DNA from: Peptococcaceae bacterium BRH_c4b
Lineage (GTDB): Bacteria > Bacillota > Desulfotomaculia > Desulfotomaculales > Desulfocucumaceae
Reading direction: 5' to 3'
Assembly (NCBI GenBank): GCA_000961595.1
Contig: LADO01000057.1
Location: 4,991-36,990 of the forward strand
DNA: 32,000 nt
Shown piece by piece: positions 6,968-14,500 of this stretch. Each line of letters starts with the position of its first letter. The first letter of the stretch is position 1. The notes beneath the pieces are model-generated. The model had not been told where the DNA came from. It saw nothing but the letters and a program-made list of their open reading frames with translations, and did not search any database. Position numbers and translations under genes: made by a program.

Positions 6968-7429
6968 ATGTTAAAATTTATTCTTTTTCTCATGCAGTCT
7001 TTACCGGAATCGTCAGGCATGATCGCTTTCAGTCTGGCCCTGGTCAGGGTGAAGCTGCGCTGGGGAATTATACTGGCGGCGGGTTTGGTTTCAACTTTGA
7101 TAATTTACTTTATAAGGGAATTGCCTGTTGCCTTCGGGCTGCACACCGTAGTAAGTATGCTGTTGATGGCGGTTTTTATCAGCAAAGCCACAAAAGTATT
7201 GCCCTCCAGAAGCTTTGCGGCCGTTTTCGCCTGTTTTGCCCTGCTGGCGTTACTGGAGGCTATCATGTACGAAGCAACAGCCCGCTTGTTAAACAGGGAG
7301 ATCAAGGACATTATGTCGGATTATCTGCTGTGGAGAATAACAGGGCTGCCCCAGGCACTGCTAATGAACATTGCCGCTGTTTTAATGTCCAGGTATAGAA
7401 AACCCATGGAAGGTATGTGGAAAATATGA
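6968..7429 (+). CDS. 153-aa polytopic (~5 TM) membrane protein, paralog 1 of an agrB-linked family, function unknown
   Basis: It has the same length as the 7602-8063 product and matches it at 94/153 positions in an ungapped hand alignment. It ends 'RKPMEGMWKI'. ATG 6968 has GAGGT 5-6 nt upstream. An in-frame TTG 6956 is served by a duplicated copy of the same SD. Confidence 0.75.
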   Translation: MLKFILFLMQSLPESSGMIAFSLALVRVKLRWGIILAAGLVSTLIIYFIRELPVAFGLHTVVSMLLMAVFISKATKVLPSRSFAAVFACFALLALLEAIMYEATARLLNREIKDIMSDYLLWRITGLPQALLMNIAAVLMSRYRKPMEGMWKI

Positions 7430-7473
7430 TTTATTTGCATTCAGCAGGCATCTGGCCGCCCATGCCGCTTTAA
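7426..7473 (+). pseudogene. 5' remnant of a second agrB copy (16 codons, then stop)
   Basis: ATGATTTATTTGCATTCAGCAGGC (7426-) aligns with the true agrB start ATGAGTTACCTTGCGTTCAGCAGGC (8060-). Both share the same ATGA stop/start overlap with the preceding membrane-protein gene. Confidence 0.5.
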
Positions 7474-7542
7474 CGGCGTTAATATTTTCTTTTTAAAAAA
7501 ATATAGGGATGCGGTGGAAGTATATAGGGTTTTGGATGTTGT

Positions 7543-7549
7543 TGTCGAA
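7543..7549 (+). promoter_or_regulatory. Perfect Spo0A-box TGTCGAA about 55 nt upstream of the membrane-protein/agrB/agrD operon
   Basis: Exact heptamer in the 172-bp intergenic spacer. Confidence 0.35.
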
Positions 7550-7601
7550 TTGAATAATTGCCGGTCATCAGGCGCTAAAACATATATGCGAGGTAATAAC
7601 C

Positions 7602-8063
7602 ATGATAAAAATAATTTTGTTTCTACTGCAGGGTATACCGGAATCGCTGGGCTTTATTGCGTGCGGTCTGGCCCTGGCCAGGGTTAAGCTGCGCTGGGGA
7701 ATTATACTGGCTGCGGCACTTGTGTATACCTTGATCATCTATGCCATAAGGCAATTGCCGGTTACTTTCGGGCTGCACACGGCTGTGGGTATATTGCTGG
7801 TGGCGGTTTTCATCGCCAAAGCTACCAGGGTAAAACCCTCAATAAGTTTTGTCTGTGCCTTTGCAAGTTGTTCCGTCTTAGCCCTGGTGGAAGTACTTGG
7901 TTACGAAATGGCTAAAAAATTGTTGCACACGGATATAAATAATATAATATCTGACGATCTTATGTGGAGAATGGTAAGTTTTCCCCAGGCTGTATTATTG
8001 ATCATAATCGCGCTGCTCATAGCAAAATACAGAAAGCCCCTGGAAGGCATGTGGAAAATATGA
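7602..8063 (+). CDS. 153-aa polytopic (~5 TM) membrane protein, paralog 2, translationally coupled to agrB
   Basis: ATG is preceded by GAGGT 7 nt upstream. The stop TGA (8061-8063) overlaps the agrB ATG (8060-8062) as ATGA. Confidence 0.8.
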   Translation: MIKIILFLLQGIPESLGFIACGLALARVKLRWGIILAAALVYTLIIYAIRQLPVTFGLHTAVGILLVAVFIAKATRVKPSISFVCAFASCSVLALVEVLGYEMAKKLLHTDINNIISDDLMWRMVSFPQAVLLIIIALLIAKYRKPLEGMWKI

Positions 8064-8698
8064 GTTACCTTGCGTTCAGCAGGCGCTGTGCCGGTTATCT
8101 GGGCCGGAAAACAAACCTGCCGGAGGAAAAGGAGATAATTCTGGCCTATGTTATCGAGGTGCTGGCGCTTAATGCGGCCAATATTGCGCTGACGCTGCTT
8201 TTGGGGGCCGCGCTGGGGGTGTTCCCGGGAACACTGGCAGTTCTTTTGACAGTGGCGTTATTCAGGCACAGCGCCGGAGGGGCCCATTCACAGTCCCCCT
8301 GGCGGTGCGCCGCTATAACTGTTGTCACTTTTCCCGGGCTGGCATGGCTGGCGTTATATATAGTCCGGCTGGGCCAGCCTTTTATTGATATTTTTACACT
8401 GGCATCTTTACTGACCGGCTTGCTTGCTATTTTACGCCTTGCTCCGGTGGACAATCCTGCCGCGCCTATTATATCAATGCGCAGGAGAAAAAAGTTAAAA
8501 TATATAGCCATAACAACTCTGGTATTGCTGGCTGTGGTTGTATTCTTATTGCGGGAACTCGCCGGTGTAACTACCAATGACATACGGGTATGTATCAGCC
8601 TGGGCGTTTTATGGGTCGGCTTCATGCTTGGCGGCTGGGGGCACGGGTTAATGTCACTCATCGACAGCATTAAAATAGTAAACCGGAGGGAGGTGTAA
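8060..8698 (+). CDS. agrB: AgrB-family AgrD-processing membrane endopeptidase
   Basis: 212 aa. 'LFRHSAGGAHSQSPWRCAAIT' places His76 and Cys83 7 residues apart, as in the catalytic H77/C84 of S. aureus AgrB. 'APVDNPAAPIISMRRRKKLKYIAI' matches the conserved AgrB loop. The ORF-track start at 7964 lies inside the upstream gene. Confidence 0.85.
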   Translation: MSYLAFSRRCAGYLGRKTNLPEEKEIILAYVIEVLALNAANIALTLLLGAALGVFPGTLAVLLTVALFRHSAGGAHSQSPWRCAAITVVTFPGLAWLALYIVRLGQPFIDIFTLASLLTGLLAILRLAPVDNPAAPIISMRRRKKLKYIAITTLVLLAVVVFLLRELAGVTTNDIRVCISLGVLWVGFMLGGWGHGLMSLIDSIKIVNRREV

Positions 8699-8702
8699 AC
8701 TA

Positions 8703-8834
8703 ATGAAAAGATTAGTCGGCAAATTGTTTGTTTTTGCTGTGACGACCCTGCTTTTGCTGGCCAGCGTTGTTGCCGCGTCCGCCTGTACTATTACGGCTTA
8801 CCAGCCCGAGGTGCCCGCATCGCTGAGAAAATAG
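8703..8834 (+). CDS. agrD: AgrD-type autoinducing-peptide precursor (43 aa), absent from the ORF track
   Basis: MKRLVGKLFVFAVTTLLLLASVVAASACTITAYQPEVPASLRK. The SD GGAGGGAGGTG ends 7 nt before the ATG, and the gene starts 4 nt after the agrB stop. It has a hydrophobic leader, Cys28 plus 4 residues (CTITA), then a 'YQPEVPASLRK' tail like clostridial AgrD tails. Confidence 0.8.
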   Translation: MKRLVGKLFVFAVTTLLLLASVVAASACTITAYQPEVPASLRK

Positions 8835-8905
8835 TAAATTAAAGGGTATAAGGCTGCCAGCCGCCTTGCCTTGCATAATATATGACAGTTAATCGCCACG
8901 GCATT

Positions 8906-8943
8906 TATACATAAGAGGCGGTTTTAACTGCCTCTTATGTATA
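8906..8943. other. Perfect 14-bp inverted repeat between agrD and the kinase gene (terminator without U-tract, or operator)
   Basis: TATACATAAGAGGC (8906-8919), 10-nt loop, GCCTCTTATGTATA (8930-8943). Confidence 0.4.
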
Positions 8944-8968
8944 ATAAGGATTAAAAGGGGTGACGTAG

Positions 8969-10606
8969 TTGACGCCGGGAAGTGAAAGGCAAAGGGAAAC
9001 AGAGCTTCATGAGTACCTGACAACTACGCACATGCTTTGTTTGCTGATTATGGTATCGGCTTTTATTTTGAGCAAAAAATTTATTTCCGGTAAAATATAC
9101 CCGGTCATAAATGTCCGCTTTTTTGCTCTGGCCGGTTTGTTCTGTGCAGGCGTGATTTTGATGTTCAGAATAAAAAACCATTTCCTTGCGGGCAATAAAG
9201 AAATCGTTACCTTGGCCAAATTAGCCTATCTGGCCTTTCCACTCTTTGTATCCTCCGCCACATTAATGATTATTGATGACAGCCGCTATCATTCCGAAAT
9301 TCTACTATTGCTGCCGGTGCTGGTAACGGCCTCCGTCATGGGAAAAAAAGCCGGCCTGGCCATGGCCACCGTATGTTCGGCATCAGTAGTGTTTTACCAG
9401 ACCGTAATAATGGGAAAACAATTCTTTCCCGCTCTGGAATACAACTTCCTGCTGATCTGCCTGATTTATGTCGTGGGCTGGTTCGTGGGCGGCCTGACGG
9501 ATATTGAGGCCCAGCACCGGCAGCATTTAAACGAAAGTTTGCTTTCTCTGAAAAATGAAATCAATACCCGCCGGAGGGCGGAGGAACAACTGCGCATACA
9601 GTCCTGCGCCGTGGAGCAAAGCCCCGGCATGGTGATTATAGCTGACACCTCCGGCAGAATAGAATATGTCAATAACAGCTTTTCCCTGCTCACCGGCTAT
9701 GCTTCCGGTGAGGTAGAGGGAAAATACCTGGTTGATTATAACGGGCAGGCTTCCGGAGATTTTTTGCAGATATGGAAGGACATTGAAGCGGGTAAGGAGT
9801 GGAAAGGGGAGATTAGTAGCCAAAAAAAGACCGGCGACAGTTACTGGGAAAACGCCACTTTTTTCCCCTTGCGGGATACCGACGGCACCGTAACACATTT
9901 TTTAAAATTTGCCGAGGACATCTCCGAGCGCAAACAAATGGAGAGGGACATGGCCAAGCTGGACCGTATGAATCTGGTGGGGGAAATGGCTGCCAGCATC
10001 GGTCACGAGATAAGGAACCCGATGACCACCGTGCGGGGCTTTTTGCAAATGCTCGGGGGAAAAGAAGAGTGCAGGCATTATAAGGAATATTACGATCTGA
10101 TGATCCAGGAGTTGGACCGGGCCAATGCTATCATTACAGAGTACCTTTCGCTGGCCAAAAACAAGCCGGTAGATTATCAGCTACACAACCTTAATACCAT
10201 CGTAAAAACATTGTATCCTCTGCTCTCGGCGGATGCCATCAATTCCGATATGTATGTGGAACTGGAAACTGAACCCATACCAGATTTTACGGTAGATGAA
10301 AAGGAAATACGCCAGCTTATATTAAATCTCGTGCGGAACGGTCTGGAGTCCATGCAGCCCGGTGGTAAATTAATCATAAGCATCTTTCCTGAAGGGGATG
10401 ATGTGGTTTTGTCGGTCCGGGACCAGGGCCATGGCATCAGCCCGGACATTCTGGATAAAATAGGGACTCCTTTTTTTACCACCAAGGAAAAAGGAACGGG
10501 TCTTGGCCTGGCAATGTGCTACAGCATTGCGTCCAGGCATAACGCCACAGTAAAGGTGGAAACCGGGACGGAGGGAACGTTGTTTACAATTTTATTCAAA
10601 GTTTAA
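8969..10606 (+). CDS. Membrane-bound PAS sensor histidine kinase, orphan (sporulation-kinase-type H-box)
   Basis: 545 aa with about 6 hydrophobic segments in the first ~190 aa. It has a PAS domain ('AVEQSPGMVIIADTSGRIEYVN'), H-box 'SIGHEIRNPMTTVRGFLQML', 'LILNLVRNGLESM', 'DQGHGI' and 'GTGLGLAM'. TTG 8969 is preceded by AAGGGGTG at 6-nt spacing. The C-terminal ~240 aa are closely paralogous to the 3179-4822 product. Confidence 0.85.
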   Translation: MTPGSERQRETELHEYLTTTHMLCLLIMVSAFILSKKFISGKIYPVINVRFFALAGLFCAGVILMFRIKNHFLAGNKEIVTLAKLAYLAFPLFVSSATLMIIDDSRYHSEILLLLPVLVTASVMGKKAGLAMATVCSASVVFYQTVIMGKQFFPALEYNFLLICLIYVVGWFVGGLTDIEAQHRQHLNESLLSLKNEINTRRRAEEQLRIQSCAVEQSPGMVIIADTSGRIEYVNNSFSLLTGYASGEVEGKYLVDYNGQASGDFLQIWKDIEAGKEWKGEISSQKKTGDSYWENATFFPLRDTDGTVTHFLKFAEDISERKQMERDMAKLDRMNLVGEMAASIGHEIRNPMTTVRGFLQMLGGKEECRHYKEYYDLMIQELDRANAIITEYLSLAKNKPVDYQLHNLNTIVKTLYPLLSADAINSDMYVELETEPIPDFTVDEKEIRQLILNLVRNGLESMQPGGKLIISIFPEGDDVVLSVRDQGHGISPDILDKIGTPFFTTKEKGTGLGLAMCYSIASRHNATVKVETGTEGTLFTILFKV

Positions 10607-10856
10607 TCATGATCGCCGAAAAAGGTGTCAATTATTTTTTCGGCAACTCTTTTCCGGGCGTTGGACTGGGCCACCAGCATTAAAACCACCAGAAACAACT
10701 CCGCAATATCCCTCTTTTCACTGGATACCTGTTCTGTCTTCTCCCTGCTCAAATCAAACTTCTCCATCAGCGTAAGCCTGGAAGAAAAACGTTAAAGGAC
10801 TAAAACAGCCTTTTTCTGTCAAGTATATAAGCAAATACTTCCGGGAGGCTGCCGGA

Positions 10857-11261
10857 ATGCAATACAATTTCATACCGGCAGCATTGGCGGCTGCGGGACT
10901 TTCCTGGCTGACTAACGGATTTATACTGCGGCTCGGACGCGGCGGGCTGGTATACCTGGCACCGGCGGCAGAGGAAGTTGCCAAAACGGGCCTTGCTCTG
11001 GCTGTGGGTGCTTCGGTGCCGGCAACTCATATATTTTTTGGTTTATTGGAAGCCCTGTGGGACGGGGCAGGAAAAAAGGATGTTCCCGCAGGGGCCATTG
11101 CTTTACTGAGCCATACAGTATTTGGTTTGATTACCTTTTTTGTACTGCATGCTACCGGGGCCGTGTGGCCGGCCCTGACTTTTGCTTATCTTGCCCATGT
11201 AGGATGGAATACCCTGGTGTTGCATCTGACCGGCAGAAAAAAGGGGGGTGCGGGGAGATAA
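10857..11261 (+). CDS. Small (134 aa, ~4 TM) CPBP/PrsW-superfamily-like membrane protein (putative glutamic-type intramembrane protease)
   Basis: ATG is preceded by GGAGG 8 nt upstream. The motifs 'AEEVAK' (EExxK as in PrsW, EExxxR in CPBP), 'LSHTVFG' and 'AHVGWN' (HxxxN) occur in the family order. Assignment is by motif only. Confidence 0.55.
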   Translation: MQYNFIPAALAAAGLSWLTNGFILRLGRGGLVYLAPAAEEVAKTGLALAVGASVPATHIFFGLLEALWDGAGKKDVPAGAIALLSHTVFGLITFFVLHATGAVWPALTFAYLAHVGWNTLVLHLTGRKKGGAGR

Positions 11262-11328
11262 TAAACATTTGGCATATTTTGAATGATTTGCAGCAGACTT
11301 ACATATACCATAAAATACCAGTTGTTGC

Positions 11329-11357
11329 TTGACGCCCCGGAAACCCGGGGATATAAT
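11329..11357 (+). promoter_or_regulatory. Near-consensus sigma-A promoter about 210 nt upstream of mfd
   Basis: TTGACG (11329-11334), 17-nt spacer, TATAAT (11352-11357). The spacer contains the palindrome CCCCGGAAACCCGGGG. Confidence 0.5.
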
Positions 11358-11569
11358 AGGTGCAGCAATGACGGTGCGCACTAATCAATGTTCCTACCCG
11401 TCTGCACTATAAATGTTGGAAGAAGCTTATTGGTAAACATATTGATTTTTTCCTTGTACCATTAACCTGTTACTATGCATAAATTTAATTAACCATATAG
11501 GCGAGTAGGGCTTTAGCCTTTGCTGAAGCTCTTTTCGTTGTGCCCAATCGTTGAGCCCAAGGAGTACAT

Positions 11570-14500
11570 ATGCGCGGATTATTGGCACCATTGAAGAATA
11601 TGAAAGAATTCCAAAGTCTGTGCCGGGGGCTTGGCAGAGGCCATAAGCAGCAATTGGTTTTCGGCCTTGCCGGTTCCCAGCGCGCCTATCTGGCCGCCGG
11701 AATTGCAGAAAGCTGCGCCTCTCCGGTTTTAATCGTCACTGCCGGGGAACAGGAGGCCGGGCTGCTGGCTGATGATTTGTCAGCCCTGCTGTCCGGGGCG
11801 AGGGTATTTCATTTTCCGGTGCTGCAACTTTTGCCGTATCAGGTTCTGGCCCATGGACGGGAAGTGCTGGCCTCCAGGCTAAAGGTTCTGGAGGCGCTAA
11901 TAGACGGACAGCCTTCCGTTGTTGTGACTTCTGCGGAGGGTTTGATGCGCCGCCTGTCACCCCCGGAAATATTCAGGAGGGCGAATCTGGAAATAATGGT
12001 GGGCCAGAGGATCGAACCGGAGAAATTAAAATATCGTCTGGCAGAACTGGGCTATGAACGGGTTGACCTGGTAGAAGGCCGGGGGCAGTTCAGCGCCAGG
12101 GGCGGCATTATTGACGTTTTTCCCTCCACCGGCGATATGCCCTGCCGGCTGGAATTTTTTGACGATGAGGTTGACTCGGTGCGCAGTTTCGACCCTGATA
12201 CGCAGAGATCAGCGGAAAAATTAAGTAAGGTGAATGTATTGCCGGCCGGGGAACTGGTGCTGGAGCCACCGGTCAGGGAGGCGGGAATTAAGGCCCTGGA
12301 GGCTGAGTACCGGACCCAGATGAAAAGAATTTCCCGGGAGTCATCCTCGGAAGCCAGGCGCCAATTGGAGGATATGGCCGGTACGGCCCTGGAAAGAATT
12401 CGCACGGGACTGCACTTTCCCGGGCTGGAGCAGTTTTTACCATATTTTTATCCCCACCCTGTAACCCTGGCGGATTATTTTCCAGCCGGGGTCCCGGTTC
12501 TGGTGGATGAGCCAGCCAGGTTTAAAGAAGTGGTGGAGGTAATAGAAAAAGAAAGGGCCGAGACATACGCGGATCTGCTGGCCAAGGGCAGGGTACTGCC
12601 CGGGCAGTACAGGGGTTATGCCGGCTGGCAGGAGCTAGAACAGTTTCTGAGGCGCCTGAATGCGGTGTATCTTTCCTTTCTGCCCCGCCAGCCCCAGTTT
12701 CTTGGAACCGCTAACGTGGTGACTTTTCCCGTTAAGGGCATGCATGTCTTTCTGGGCAGGGTGGATATTCTGGTGGATGATGTGCGGCACTGGAAACGCA
12801 ACGGCTATGCCGTTGCCCTGCTGGCAGGCAGCGGGGACAGGGCCAGGCAGTTACTGCAGGGGATGAAGGATGCCAAAATCGATGCCTACCACATCCGGGA
12901 GATTGCCGGTGATATTTCCCCGGGCAACGTGGTGATCAGCGAGGAATCTCTTTCCGGCGGCTTTGAACTGGTGAGCGGTAAGCTGGTGGTGGTTACCGAA
13001 TCGGAAATGTATGGCCAGAGGCGCAGGTCCCGCCGGAACCGTATCCGTCAGGCTCCCAAGCTGGATACCTTCACGGAATTGAAAAAAGGTGATTATGTTG
13101 TCCACGTCAACCACGGTATTGGCCGGTATCTGGGCATTATTTCACTGAATATAGACGGCATTAACAAAGACTATCTGCAGGTTAAATATGCCGGGGAAGA
13201 TAAGCTTTACGTACCCACCGATCAGGTGGGTATGATCCAGAAGTACCTTGGCGCCGAGGCAGATGCTCCGAGGCTTTCCAAACTGGGCGGGGCCGAGTGG
13301 AACCGGGTCAAGGGAAGGGTTAAAGAGGCTGTTCGGGAAATGGCCCAGGATTTACTTGCCCTGTATGCCGCCAGGGAGACCGCCCGGGGCCATGCCTTCG
13401 GCACGGATACCGTCTGGCAAAAGGAGTTTGAGGCCAATTTTCCCTACGAGGAAACTCCCGACCAGTTGCGGGCCATCGCAGAGGTAAAAAAGGACATGGA
13501 GCGCCCCAGGCCCATGGACCGCCTGCTGTGCGGCGATGTTGGCTATGGTAAAACCGAAGTGGCCCTGAGGGCTGCCTTTAAGTCCATTATGGACGGCAAA
13601 CAGGTGGCCGTACTGGTTCCCACCACCATATTAGCCCAGCAGCACTACAACACCTTCCGGGAGCGTTTTGCTCCTTATCCGGTAAAAGTTGAGATGCTCA
13701 GCCGTTTCAGGAGCCCCCGGGAACAGAAGGCCATCATAGCCGATCTGACTAGCGGAAAACTGGACATAATCATAGGCACCCATCGCCTGGTACAGGAGGA
13801 TGTTGTTTTTAAAGATCTTGGCTTTTTGGTGGTGGACGAGGAGCAACGTTTCGGGGTGACTCACAAGGAGCGGTTAAAGCAGATCAAAAACAATGTGGAT
13901 GTGCTTACCCTTACCGCCACTCCCATACCCCGTACTCTGCACATGTCGCTGGTGGGGGCCAGGGATACCAGCATACTGGAAACTCCCCCGGAAGACAGAT
14001 TCCCCGTGCAGACCTACGTGCTGGAAGAAGACCCGGCCATGATCAGAGAGGCCATATTGAGGGAAATGGGCCGGGGCGGCCAGGTTTTTTTTGTTCATAA
14101 CAGAATCATAGATTTAGACAGGCTGGCTTCCTGGCTGGCCGAACTCGTCCCCGACGCCAGGCTGGCCATAGGCCACGGCCAGATGAAAGAAGACGATCTG
14201 GAACAGGTCATGCTGGATTTCATGGATAACCAGTATGATGTACTGGTTTGCACCACTATCATTGAAAGCGGTCTGGACATTCCCAATGTCAACACGCTGA
14301 TAGTCAAGGATGCCAACAATATGGGACTGGCCCAGTTATACCAGCTGAGAGGCCGGGTAGGCCGCTCCAGCCGGCTGGCTTACGCGTATTTAACCTACCG
14401 GCGGGACAGGATTTTAAATGAAGTGGCCGAGAAGAGGCTTGCCGCTATCAGGGAATTTACTGAATTTGGCTCCGGCTATAAAATTGCCATGCGGGATCTG

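Noticed and set aside
8835-8968. A canonical terminator after agrD, or a LytTR-type direct-repeat operator (AgrA-box-like) in the agr intergenic regions.
   Set aside because: I found only a perfect 14-bp inverted repeat without a U-tract (8906-8943). I saw no pair of ~9-bp direct repeats with 12-13-bp spacing, which is consistent with the absence of an AgrA homolog. The inverted repeat is reported as a low-confidence feature only.
10603-10767. 54-codon minus-strand ORF (MEKFDLSREKTEQVSSEKRDIAELFLVVLMLVAQSNARKRVAEKIIDTFFGDHD) convergent with the kinase; I considered it as a Spo0E-like phosphatase or small regulator.
   Set aside because: There is no SD upstream of the ATG at 10767 and no Spo0E 'SQELD' motif. 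Its stop overlaps the kinase stop. It cannot be supported from sequence alone and is worth only a quick blastp.
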